From positions 255,380 to 319,379 of the forward strand of contig RHPI01001116.1 of assembly GCA_009103225.1 (NCBI GenBank): DNA of 64,000 bases. Direction: 5' to 3'. Position numbers and translations under genes: made by a program. Origin of the DNA: Chlorokybus atmophyticus (taxonomy: Eukaryota > Plantae > Mesostigma and Chlorokybus algae). Shown here piece after piece: positions 38,217 through 50,400 of the stretch; position 1 is the stretch's first letter; the number at the start of each line of letters is the position of its first letter. The notes beneath the pieces were generated by a model. The model ran no database searches, was not told where the DNA came from, and saw only the letters and a program-made list of their open reading frames with translations.

Positions 38217-38965
38217 NNNNNNNNNNNNNNNNNNNNNNNNNNNNNNNNNNNNNNNNNNNNNNNNNNNNNNNNNNNNNNNNNNNNNNNNNNNNNNNNNNNN
38301 NNNNNNNNNNNNNNNNNNNNNNNNNNNNNNNNNNNNNNNNNNNNNNNNNNNNNNNNNNNNNNNNNNNNNNNNNNNNNNNNNNNNNNNNNNNNNNNNNNNN
38401 NNNNNNNNNNNNNNNNNNNNNNNNNNNNNNNNNNNNNNNNNNNNNNNNNNNNNNNNNNNNNNNNNNNNNNNNNNNNNNNNNNNNNNNNNNNNNNNNNNNN
38501 NNNNNNNNNNNNNNNNNNNNNNNNNNNNNNNNNNNNNNNNNNNNNNNNNNNNNNNNNNNNNNNNNNNNNNNNNNNNNNNNNNNNNNNNNNNNNNNNNNNN
38601 NNNNNNNNNNNNNNNNNNNNNNNNNNNNNNNNNNNNNNNNNNNNNNNNNNNNNNNNNNNNNNNNNNNNNNNNNNNNNNNNNNNNNNNNNNNNNNNNNNNN
38701 NNNNNNNNNNNNNNNNNNNNNNNNNNNNNNNNNNNNNNNNNNNNNNNNNNNNNNNNNNNNNNNNNNNNNNNNNNNNNNNNNNNNNNNNNNNNNNNNNNNN
38801 NNNNNNNNNNNNNNNNNNNNNNNNNNNNNNNNNNNNNNNNNNNNNNNNNNNNNNNNNNNNNNNNNNNNNNNNNNNNNNNNNNNNNNNNNNNNNNNNNNNN
38901 NNNNNNNNNNNNNNNNNNNNNNNNNNNNNNNNNNNNNNNNNNNNNNNNNNNNNNNNNNNNNNNNN
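38217..38965. other. Assembly gap (N run)
   Basis: Run of N. Confidence 1.
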
Positions 38966-39107
38966 CATACCCCTTATATACACACCACGCCCTGGTTGGT
39001 CCGTTGGACCGTCCCATGCCAGAGGCAAGCCGGGTAAGCTTGCCCCTTTGGGGATAGCACCCGGCTACCCTATGTTACTTTGCATAGGGATACATGCCGT
39101 GTGATGC

Positions 39108-39794
39108 ATGAGACTGCAATGGTTGAGTGCCTGTGAGATAATGGTAGAGGTGCTTGACCGGGAGCACCTTGCATGCTTACATAGACGCATGCATGCTGTT
39201 AGCGCCCACCCCGTTGGCCATGCAGGGCAGTGCAGCGCCTGCGCCGACACCATGCCTCGCTCACAACCCGCATATGACTGGGCTAGCATCAAAGCACGTG
39301 TCTTGGACATTCACTACCATTGGCAACTACCACTACTACGACGCATCCGCAGCAGAATCAGACGCATCTTGCACACCACGCAACCGCTATCACCAACCGA
39401 TGAGCACCACGTCATTTACATCATCTACACTACCACAGGCAGCAAGAAGTGCTACGTTGGCATGACAGTCCAGTCCGCATTCAAGCGTTTGAAGGAACAC
39501 TTCCAGGCAGCCCACCGCGCCACAGCCACCCTGTTGGAAAAGACAATGCAAACCTTACCGGTGCAATGGTGGGGCGTGTCGCCGCTGGAGGCAGTGCCGC
39601 TGAGACCTCGAGAAACCACTGCAGCTTGGAATCTGCGCGCTGCCCAAAAGGAATGGCTGTGGATGCAACGCTTGCGCACGGGGACACCACGAGGCTACAA
39701 TATTGAACATTCTCCCTACAGAAGAGCACGGGTACCACGCTGGCGACGCCACGTAAAAGTGTGCGCGCGCGTGCACGTGCACATGGTTCAGTGA
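39108..39794 (+). CDS. GIY-YIG endonuclease domain protein, probably from a mobile element (Penelope-like or homing-endonuclease type)
   Basis: VIYIIY..KCYVGMT..RLKEH and C-terminal KEWLWMQRLRTGTPRGYN motifs. Intronless 228-aa ORF between two gaps. Confidence 0.8.
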   Translation: MRLQWLSACEIMVEVLDREHLACLHRRMHAVSAHPVGHAGQCSACADTMPRSQPAYDWASIKARVLDIHYHWQLPLLRRIRSRIRRILHTTQPLSPTDEHHVIYIIYTTTGSKKCYVGMTVQSAFKRLKEHFQAAHRATATLLEKTMQTLPVQWWGVSPLEAVPLRPRETTAAWNLRAAQKEWLWMQRLRTGTPRGYNIEHSPYRRARVPRWRRHVKVCARVHVHMVQ

Positions 39795-39880
39795 TGAAAT
39801 TGCTGACAAAGGCATGGTCTCAAGTGCAAATGCATGGGTGGTATGTTGCGGACATACAGAGGTACCCCCCCCCGGTGCGC

Positions 39881-40079
39881 NNNNNNNNNNNNNNNNNNNN
39901 NNNNNNNNNNNNNNNNNNNNNNNNNNNNNNNNNNNNNNNNNNNNNNNNNNNNNNNNNNNNNNNNNNNNNNNNNNNNNNNNNNNNNNNNNNNNNNNNNNNN
40001 NNNNNNNNNNNNNNNNNNNNNNNNNNNNNNNNNNNNNNNNNNNNNNNNNNNNNNNNNNNNNNNNNNNNNNNNNNNNNNN
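39881..40079. other. Assembly gap (N run)
   Basis: Run of N. Confidence 1.
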
Positions 40080-40381
40080 CACCCACCCACACACAAAAAG
40101 TTTCAACAAGAGACACAACCGCGTGCATCATGTTGAGACACTGTTACTGAACGCTCGAGTCAGCAAGCAGCAGCGCCGCATGTGTATACTGTTATACAGG
40201 CGGCAAATACCGTTCGACTGTCCAGAACTACCCATATGTCCAGATCTGCTATGACATCCAGGCACCTCCTCCCAATGTTTTACCCCACTACTGGCAGCGC
40301 ACAGTGCTGACTGAAGCGCAATGTACAATAAATAAGTTACAATGTTCTATGCTAAAACTACAGACAGGGCCACCACCTGCG

Positions 40382-41839
40382 TCATGTATTGTTAACAATG
40401 ACAAAGTTGGCCCGGCTGCGTGGCGCATCGCGGGCAAAATGGACCCTCTGCGCCGGAAAATATATCCCTTCATAGGCCTTCACAGTGTCATCTGGGCTGA
40501 GACCCTCCTGAGCCCGCACTACGGCTCTACTCAAAGCCGTGCCGAAACTGCACTCAACCCACACAAGATAGTCATAGTGTTCAACAAAGCTCTGTTGTAA
40601 GAGGAAAATGCCCTCAAGGAGAATGATGTCGATGTCCGATGCTTCGTATGTGGCCTCCCTGTAGTCTAATGCGGTCTCGTCCGCGTGGTTGTATGTGACA
40701 CGCACGCTTCGGTCTCGCCTCAAAGGTGTTATGAGTTGAGAGAAGAGCTCGTTGAAGCGGAAGGCGTGATGGTAGAAGTGCTCACCGGGGGTGATTGTGG
40801 GGGTAATGTTGGTGTTGATGTTGGGGTTGGTAGTGTTGTTGGGGTCGAGGTTGAACCCGGCAAGCTTCGGGTTAGAGTGTCTGATGTGGGGGAGATTAAG
40901 CCACCCGTCGAGGCCGACCACGGCTACGCGAAGGGCTCGTGATGAAAGGTCTTGCTGCAGGAGAGACGATATGAAGCCCTTGCCTGCAAGAAGTTTTTTC
41001 AACACACAGGCGCTGAAGTGAGCCTGTTGTGTGCTCAAGCGTCTCAGGCACACGTGGGTAGTGCATGTGGTTGCCATGCGCGCTAACGTAAAGCCTGTCA
41101 ATGTAGTGATAAACGTGGATGCAACATGTTCAGTGCTGGCAGAAATGTCACATCAGATTCCTGCAAACACCCACACCCAGGCGTTCATGCGCCGTGCCTG
41201 CTAGCACGTGTGCGCACACACACACGCACACACATGCGCGTGCTGGGTTGCCTATGAGGTTGCAATCACAATGATTGTGTGCAACACTACCCAACCGCGT
41301 GCATGTGCCAATTCATGGGACACGGACAGTTCTGCGTGTACGCGTATATACGCAGGTAATTGCGGGCACGCACGCTCACGCGCTCATGCATGCACACACA
41401 CACGCATGAAACGTATGTGCATGCATGCATGCGGACAGCAGCAAGAGGATTCAAAGATGGCTGCCCTGTCTGCTGCTTGCGCCCAATCGTGCCAACAGCT
41501 CATGCAGGAACTGCACAGTGTTTGAACAGTTGGCAGTTGACGCACACTCACACATACTGATGCAGCAAGTCAAGGCATGTGTGTGACCAACCCGACTGAG
41601 TAGTGTAACATCTCAACACCAGCCATGTCCCATTGGGTTGAACCATACACCGCACCTGCGCCGTCAATGCCGCTGATGGCGACCACTAGGCTGCCGCCCG
41701 TGAGGTGCTCCACGGAGTCGCTGGGTGCTTGTTGGCGGCGGCGGAGGTGGAGCTGCACCAGCTGCTCTGTCAGGGCCTGCACCTGGGCGTCCAGCGCCTC
41801 TGTCACCCTGTTCCCATCACTGGACGCATCGCCAGCCAT
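40382..41839 (-). CDS. Uridine-kinase-like P-loop NTPase of bacterial type, 2 exons, about 262 aa
   Basis: Intron 40984-41655 splits the Walker A motif VAISGIDGA-G-KG. Downstream motifs are DGWLNLP, EHFY, IILLEGIFL, YDYLVWVECSF and YFPAQ..HF.RD.P. Confidence 0.82.
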
Positions 41840-42488
41840 GCCCCTGCCGTCGCCGCCGCCGCCGCCAGGCCAGGCTTAACCGCCCAAGTGCAGAGGCTGC
41901 TGTGCCGTTGCATGACCAAACCTGTCGGCCACAAACCACTGCTTCAAACTCTCAAGCTTTTTGACAGCAATGACACTCTTGGTAGTACTTAGTCAATCGC
42001 GTGCGCAGTGCAGCCTGCCTGTCCTCGTCAATCAGCAGCCTTCAGGAACAAATACCTCTGTATGGCCATCCTTCCGACGCATTCCCAGCCAGCTGCTGCT
42101 GTAGAATGAAGTAAGGCATGAAACCAAGCAGACAGAGGCTGGCGCCAAAAACAAATTGAATGTGTAGCGCCCACTGGCAGAGCTGTTTAAGTGCAGCCAG
42201 AAGCCTTGTGCAGAAGCTAGCGGTCCATTGCACGACACAATTGCGTCTTCAAACTGCTGAACACTGAGCACGCAAGGAAGCCTTACGGTCTGCTGCCACA
42301 GCTTTCTGGATGTATCCAAGAAACTTTGCATGGCAGCTGGCAGCAAGGCCAGCACAACACACGCAAGTTTGATGAGCACACAATGGTGTGTTACTGCCGG
42401 CTGTCCGTGCATATGTACATGGTCTATGTACAGGTATGTACACAATGTGGTACATGGAGTGACAAGTTCTAGTATATTGGTCATGTCC

Positions 42489-44527
42489 CTACTTCTCAAT
42501 GGCATGGTCGTTAACCAAACTCTCAGTGAGCCACACGCCATCCTTGCGGCCGCCAACCTGCAAAGGGTTGAGAGTCAGGGTACTCATGCTTCTCAAAAGG
42601 TACGCACTGCATCTGCTGCTTCAACACAACTGACCTCCTGCTTGACGATGAATGTAAAGCAGGTCTGCTCTCCACCTCCTCCGTCAACATGCACTCTACA
42701 CGCATAGCGCTCATCGCTGATTTGCAACACGCTGAGCATGGAGTAACTCTGCGTATTGCAGACAACACATTTAAAGTGATTGCAAGGAGCTTCTTGGAGC
42801 GCATATTGGACTCACACACAATTACGCTTGGGAGTCTGTAAGTTCATACATTTGCTAGCGTGTGCCTGTGCCTGTGCCTGTGTGCGTGTGCCTGTGTGCG
42901 TATGTGCCTGTGCCTGTGCCTGTGCATGCGGGTATGGCTGGGCGCTCGACTTCAATGATGTATACATGGACAGTGTGCGGCATGTTCTCATGTTTGTGTT
43001 ATTGCTTGTATGTTACCTGCAGCTTTAGCAGCGCTCGGTACCCTGCCATGCATAGTAGGTCAGATCACAGTGCAGTTGGACATGCAAAATCTTCGTTGAG
43101 AAACAAGCTTGTGTTTCAATTAACGTGTGCGAACAGTCCCACGCTTGCCTGACTGGAAAAACTTCATCTTGAAGTTGTCAAACTTGCCCAAGTCCGCAAG
43201 ATAGCCAAAGTACCTCGACGGCGCAAAGCACGAGTACGCTGCAAAGTTGAACAGCACCTGCACATGTTTTACCATCAGCAATGTCTGCCCATAACACCGC
43301 CGTGGCATGTGGTGCTAGCTAGACAGCATCAACCATAACCTGCAGGCCGAAGTCAATGGGCTGAAGGTCTGTGCCTGTGCTCCCCGGCACCCAACTGCTG
43401 TCAAGTTTGTCGCTGCCGGCACACGAGCCATGCTCGATGCCTTTGCGCTGCGCACTTCGTTTCAGAGCTTCCAGTTGCAGCTCCACAACTTCCTAGTTAC
43501 AACCGGCTGTGATCACACAGAACCCAGCATGCACAGACTTTACACACGACGATACAGCACACACTCGTGCGTCATGACAGACATGTGCACGCACACGCAC
43601 GCTGCAAAGTCATCAACAAGCCACTCAGTAACAAGCCCTTCAACGCATAATGGATCGACAATCGCAAGCTTCTGCTGCTTTTCAACAGTTCAAGCAGTTG
43701 TCAAATTACTGATTGACAGTTGAAGCAAACAGGCATGCAAGCTCACCTGAGGGCCCAATCCAAGTCTGGGTTCCCAGGGAGAAGGTGTGCGGACACTCGA
43801 TGCATCAAAGAAGCTGCTGGACATGCAAAGGGAACGCACTGCACACATCCAATTGTGGTGAGATAAGCGCCGAATGAGCACAATCTGAGTACACGATCAG
43901 TGACGCAACACAGTAGCTTGCTGGGCATGATGCAGCGCAGCTTGGCTCACAGAGAGTCGAATGAACCAGTTTGTTATCTGACTGTTGAGGTATGAGGTCA
44001 AATGCGAACACTTCACTGCTAGTTAAGAGCATTCATACTGTTTGAGGCTTGTGTGTGCAACTTGCTGCATGCATGGAAGCAAATTCCAGAAGGCTTGCAT
44101 GCCCAACTTGCCAAGGAAGATTCATACATATCACTACGCCTCCTGTTGCTTGAGCGATAAGCCCCACGAGCAATTATGCTTGACATGTGTACCAACATGC
44201 ATGCCTACTCAACTGTCTGAAGCCACGCCTGTTGGCCATGCAGCAGGGGCGAATAAGCTCACGGGCAGTTGCGTTGCAAAGCCAGCAGATGCGCTGAATT
44301 CCACAATATCAGCTCGAATTGCGCATTAAACAAAGCACATTGACCCAACAGAATCACCGTGGTGAGGATCCATGCTACAGGCTACTACCTGGTGGTCGTT
44401 GCGCCAATTGCTGCTGTGCTCTCCTGCTCGAGCGCTGCCGCAGTGGCTGAACCTGCTGTTGGGGTGCTCCCAGCGACATTCCAAGCTGAGCACAGTAGCC
44501 CACTGTTGCAATCGCCATGCCCGCCAT
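42489..44527 (-). CDS. Conserved uncharacterised plant-type protein with a probable plastid transit peptide, 6 exons
   Basis: Spliced model: ..PRLGLGPQ/EVVELQLEAL..DFGLQ/VLFNFA..RYFG..DLGKFDNFK..FFQS/GYRALL../SYSML..FTFIVKQE/VGGRKDGVWLTESL. This matches a recalled land-plant family (YFGPFFDLGQFERF..VGGSWDGYWLTESL). Confidence 0.8.
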
Positions 44528-44909
44528 AGCCGACCAGACCAACCAGGCCGGCCTTCCCGCCTGCCTGGCCTGGCCTGGTCCTTAACACGCAGTTAAGCTT
44601 ACATCCTTAACTGCTGTACTGTCGACTGAACGCACGGAAAGCTTGATTTCAATAATAATTTTGATACATCTTAGGATATCAAAAACGTAACTGTGATTAG
44701 CGTCGATATCATCGCATTGGCTGTGTACGGTTCTGGAATTTTGCCACCCTGTTCACCTTTCTATAGCTAACAGTAGTGTACGGTGTAGAGTACCCAGCGT
44801 GGCGGTGTCATCGTCGTCGGCGGCGGCGTTGTGGTGAGTGAGGCGGGTTGGAGTAGGGGCAGCGGTTGCACGGCGAGCGGTTTGAGTTGGAGCTATCTAA
44901 GGCGTCACA

Positions 44910-46265
44910 ATGGCGGTATGAGCTGGGGGTTGTATAAATGATCTGCTTGGCTGTTTTGTCGCTTTGCTGCTTGCTTGTGCATGCACGCCAGGCCGAGCAT
45001 AGTCAGGCTGGGTTTTGGCTGTTTGCAGCAATGTACGTACATAGGGTGGTATAAAACGCTAGTCCGTGCGTAGCGTTGACTGTGATGGCTTGGTGTTTCG
45101 TTTAGGGTGGTGCGCCTTTGGTGGGCAGTGCGGCTCCGGACTTTGATGCGGAGGCCGTGCACGGTATGGACTTTATGAAGGTGAAGCTCAGCCAGTACAA
45201 GGGCAAGTACGTGGTGCTCTTCTTCTACCCGTTGGACTTCACCTTCGTGTGCCCCACGGAGATTATCGCCTTCTCCGACCGCGCTGAGGAGTTCAAGGGC
45301 CTCAACACGGAGATCCTGGGCGTGTCTGTGGACTCACAGGTGAGAAAAACCCTCATTGACCTTTCAATTAGGTTATGCTGATTCTAGCAGGTACAGCTGT
45401 TTCTTGATACTGATTGGTCTGATGTGCATGCATGGGTTGACTATTGTGTGCGCCGCGTAAGTAATGTATGGCCGTTCCCAAATGTGAGATAAGGCATTGG
45501 TTGAGTGAATGCTTGACAAGAGCTACATGCCGATGACATGTCTAGTGCGATTCAGTGTGTGGGGTAGTATTGGGTTGCGCATGCACAATGCATTGTTTGC
45601 CTGCATCTTACTTCTCAACTTGATCACTCGTTTGCAGTTTTCACATCTCGCATGGGTGCAAACCACTCGCAAGAACGGTGGCGTTGGCGACTTGGCCTAC
45701 CCTCTTGTGTCTGATCTGAAGAAGGAGATCAGCTCTGCTTACGGCGTCCTGTCACCAGACGTAAGTTGCTTGCATGGCTACACTCATTCGCCACGTGTGT
45801 ACCAGCATTACATACAGGTTGTAGTAACATTGCCTTGTACCAGCGGCAAGTCTAGAACACTGAAACAGCTGCTTTCGCTGTGGCAATTCATTTCATTTCA
45901 CATGCCATGGCTAATGTTTGCATTTCGCTTAACAGGGTGTTGCGCTTCGAGGGCTGTTCATCATTGACAAGGACGGCATCATCCAACACTCCACCATTAA
46001 CAACCTGGCGTTCGGTCGCAGCGTGGATGAAACACTGCGAACACTGCAGGTAATGCACCTGAGTGTATATCAAGGGATCGCTGCATGTCATTGCCGCTGT
46101 GCGCTTACATTACAACTTTGACCTGACTCTTGTCTTGACAATCTGCAGGCCATCCAGCACGTGCAGGCCAACCCGGACGTTGTCTGCCCAGCCAACTGGA
46201 AGCCTGGGGAGAAGACGATGAAGCCCACCCCCAAGGACAGCAAAGACTACTTCAGCTCAGTTTGA
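44910..46265 (+). CDS. 2-Cys peroxiredoxin, plastid-type sequence but no transit peptide, 5 exons
   Basis: Exon 1 is ATGGCG followed by gtatga. Motifs [14 protein letters not shown] (peroxidatic Cys), FSHLAW, GGVG, GRSVDE, VCPANW (resolving Cys) and C-terminal YF. Confidence 0.93.
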
Positions 46266-46935
46266 TTGTGCATTGATACTGCCGTAGAATGCACGCGTCT
46301 AGTTTTGCCACATGCTTCAGTATTTGCAAGCTGTGTTCAACATGTGTTTGTTTGCGCTCGACACATCCTTGTTAACCTGGAAGGCTGCCATACCAATTTT
46401 CTCGGTTTACATCGTTGACAAGTGCACGTCTGCAATAAGTGCGCACTGTGGCTGCAAAATGCACCGCATGCAGTTGCATGTGCACGAGCGCTTCTGCATT
46501 GTAGATCAAAAAGCACAGCAACCTGCAGTGTCAAAGCTTATTGCCAAGCATACCAATCAGGACTGAGGCTCGGCTTACAATTTTTGTCTGCGGCAACGTC
46601 CTTGACGTTGCCTATGTCAAACACTGCTTTGGCTATAAAGCCGTGTCCGCGGTTCAGGGTTAGCTAGGGAAAGGGTCGTAAAACCAAGCTGCGGTCTGCG
46701 TTAACCAGAAGAGATGCTGCTAGCGTACGTGGACCGCTGCTGAACCAATCAGCTGACAACGATCGCGGGAACATTCCAGGCATCGCGGTCAAGACTTGTC
46801 CGTTCAGTCGACCCGTTTAACCGCGCATGCAAACCGAGATCAGTGTCCACCATGTGTGGATAAGCACGGCATCCGCCTTAGTGGCGGCGGCGGTGTCGTA
46901 GACAGTGTTAGAGTGTCAGCGTAAGGCACACAGCC

Positions 46936-49142
46936 ATGGCGGCGGTGGTGCGCGCTCCCGTGGCTGCGGCTGTCGCTGCGGCTCTTCCTCTTAGGGCCGC
47001 GGTGGCTCGGGCAGCGGCTGCGCCCGCCCCCGCCCGGGCTCTCAGGGCCGCCGCCTCACCGGCCCTGTCTGGCCTGAAGCTCAAGGCTGCTGCCGCCTCC
47101 TTCTCCGCACGCTCCCGCTCATCCGCTATCTCAGCCAACCGCCGCTTTGTTACACAGGTGCTGACCAAGGCGGTTTTTATGTCTAACACGTAGCTTAGCT
47201 CGCAATGAGCAGCACAACGACTCAACTTTTCTCAGCTGTCTGGTTGGTTATAAGAGCGTACTCGCGTAGCATGGCGTCATGCAAGTGGTCTGCGCTTAAC
47301 ACGTCTTGGTAAACACCTTGAGTGTAGGTTGTTTGTTGGCAGTCGGGTGCAGTCTTCGGGTGACATCTTGAAGCTGATTGCGTGCATGGCGTGCATGTGC
47401 AGCTGCAGCTGACATGCTGGAGTTGCCTTGGAAGAGTTCTAGCAACAGCACACAGCCCTGTTGCTAGCACATAAGCAGCAAACTTGTGCGCCGTAGTGTG
47501 CATTGCTCATGCACGCTGTTGGCAGCTTGTATGCAGGGCCTTGTGAACAACGACGTGACTTCTCGTGCATTGCCAAGTTAGCAACATTCAACGTGCTATT
47601 TGGTATAGCTCGTTGGTCTTTTCTTGGCTGCACACGCAGCCTGTCGTCAGCACATGCTACTACTACCGCCGGCATGCAGCTCAGTTCTCGCATGGAGTAA
47701 CTGTGCATGGTGTACTTTACATTGCGAGGAAAGAACTGCAGTTCTCGCATGGAGTAACTGTGCATGGTGTACTTTACATTGCGAGGAAAGAACTGCACAA
47801 CTGAATATGTGCAGCACATTCCACTATGTTGATGGTTGTCTGGTCTTGTGTGCATGGTGGCGGTTTGCCCCCAGACGCTACTTCTTGTGATCATCTGTAC
47901 TGCATGTCTTTTCCGGAGTGTACGGGTGAGCACAAACACATGCAGCCTCTCAGAGTTTCCTCCCCTGTGCACTGTGTCAAACATTGTTCCTTCAACCCAT
48001 GGTTGTGCATGGAAACATTGTTGATCGACACATGTGTCATGCAGTGCTCTGCCTCTCCTCTTGTTGGCAACGCCGCACCTGACTTCGAGGCCGAGGCCGT
48101 GTATGACTTGGAGTTCACCAAGATCAAGCTGGGTGACTTCAAGGGCAAGAAGTACGTCGTGCTATTCTTCTACCCCCTCGACTTCACATTCGTCTGCCCA
48201 ACGGAGATCACGGCTTTCTCCGATCGCTACAAGGAGTTCTCTGACATCAACGCTGAGATCCTGGGTATCTCTGTTGACTCTCAGGTACACAAGATAATGC
48301 AATTTTTGGCTGTAGGTAGCTTGACTGGGATTGTGCTTTGATTTGTGCTCATGTTACAGGTTATATGTGCTTGATGCATGCATTGATGCATATTATGTGG
48401 TCGCTTCACTGGGATTGTGCTGTTGTGTGTGCTCATGTGGTTTGTTGGGTTGGCAGTTCTCGCATCTAGCGTGGATCCAGACTGATCGCAAGGATGGTGG
48501 CGTCGGCGACTTGGCCTACCCTCTTGTGTCGGATCTGAAGAAGGATATTAGCCGAGCATACAATGTGCTCACGGAAGACGTAAGCAGTGGCTTGGTTATG
48601 GATGGTATCACCATTCTTTGTCGTTGTTGCGGGATGGCAGCTGCAGTCAGCCTTGATGCGAGTGTTTGGCTTGCATGGAGGCACTGCGGAAGTGTAATGT
48701 TGGAGGGTGAGTAAGTGTGCGATGCTTGGTGCAGGGCATTGCGCTGCGCGGTCTCTTCATCATTGACAAGGAGGGCATTATCCAGCACGCCACCATCAAC
48801 AACCTCGCTTTCGGCCGCAGCGTTGATGAGACCCTCCGCACACTGCAGGTACGATTGCCATCATCATCATCATCAGCAGCAGCGCACACCAGATGCGAAT
48901 ACCTCATTTGTAGTATGCTGCATTGGTTGTATAGAACTGCAGCTGTACCCAAACAGTATCGCTGTGTTCACGCATTGTTTATTGCATGTACTGCTGCCAA
49001 ACTGACCAGTGCATGCGTGTGCCAGGCTATCCAACACGTGCAGGCCAACCCAGACGAGGTCTGCCCAGCAGGCTGGAAGCCGGGTGACAAGACCATGAAG
49101 CCCACCCCCGCCGACAGCAAGGAGTTCTTTGCTGCCATCTAA
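46936..49142 (+). CDS. BAS1: Chloroplast 2-Cys peroxiredoxin (BAS1-like), 5 exons
   Basis: 74-aa Ala/Arg/Ser-rich exon 1 (transit peptide). Motifs FVCPTE, FSHLAW, GGVG, VCPAGW and C-terminal EFF. Confidence 0.93.
47682..47795. repeat. Perfect 57-bp tandem duplication in intron 1 of the plastid Prx
   Basis: CAGTTCTCGCATGGAGTAACTGTGCATGGTGTACTTTACATTGCGAGGAAAGAACTG x2. Confidence 0.95.
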
Positions 49143-50400
49143 GCGCTAGGGTATATAGGCGTTTGAGACTGGACATATGGTAATCTGCATTTATGCGTGA
49201 TAAGCTGTCACTCATTGGGTGTAACATCACGTATGGATGCCGGGTGTGGTGCTTGTCGTAATGGACAAATAGATGTACGCTGGTGCGATTCTTGAACGCC
49301 GCTGTAGTGTCAGCTGCAGTTGTTTGCAAACGGATATCAAGAACAATGCGCAGCATCTGCAGTACTGCTGTGCAGCATACCTAGGGGTGGCAGTATGTCT
49401 GCACGCGGGCGTGGTTTACAAATGGGGTATGCTGCTGTGCCGGCATGCATGTTGTGCTCACAACAAGTCACATTCACACTCACAGCTCATGACAAACAGT
49501 CTGAACGCCCTCAGGGATTGCATCCCTCAAGTTGCACATCCTCCACCCACTTGAATACCCTTGTAACTGTACAGTCAAGTGTATACCGCTCTACAGGCAA
49601 CCTGAATACGAAAGGCAAAGCACTCCGCATCTAAGCACGAAAGGAAGCAGTGTGGGCACAGCAGCAGAGGAGATGGTGGTGGAGGAGAGGGAGAGCAGGG
49701 ACAAGGGAGTCTTCGTCCTAACTGATTGACATGCGCGCCTTAGCCAACGACCACTAACAACAGCCGTGTGGGCAGGTAAACGACTGACTGTATGAGCGTG
49801 CATGCATGACTAACGGGGGTGGTTAGTAGGTAGGTAGGTGAAACAATGAACTAGTTGATAACTAGCCCGGTGGTTGTGTTGTTGGTGCATGTAGATGGTG
49901 TGCTGCTTGTTGGTTGCATGTGAACACGGCGTGTGTGACCTTGCATGCACGAATTCTCCATGGCTTCTTTTATACGCATAGTTATTGCAATCAGCTCTAT
50001 AACTTTGCTTGCATTAGGTGATTGCTGGTGGTCATGGATGCCGTGATTATGTCAGCGCCGTGGCAATACTGTCGGGCCTCGTGTAAACAACGTAAACCCA
50101 GGTTGACGTTCTGCTGTTTGTGTTACGTTTGGTGGCACGATCAGCATGCTGGTGGGTACAGACAGCAGGCTATGACACACTTGTCACCTCAAACGAAGAA
50201 AAAGAAAGGAAGGTTGCTACAGCAACCTCTAAACCAAAGGTCCCTACATCAGCTATTACCAACACATCTGATACACAATATCTACAGCTACGTAAAGAGT
50301 GTAAACATGTACAAGGCAGTATTATTGTCCTTGACTTGCAGTAATTCTGCCATTGCTGGTTGCGTTTATGGAGGTTGACTTGACAATGTTGAGAGCCAAC

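Noticed and set aside
38990-39070. Hammerhead, HDV-like or twister ribozyme
   Set aside because: No CUGANGA/GAAA core, no P3 between P2 and P1 for an HDV fold, and only partial twister-like words. Kept only as a structured leader.
30684-40254. Long ORFs spanning N runs
   Set aside because: Artefacts of translating gaps as X.
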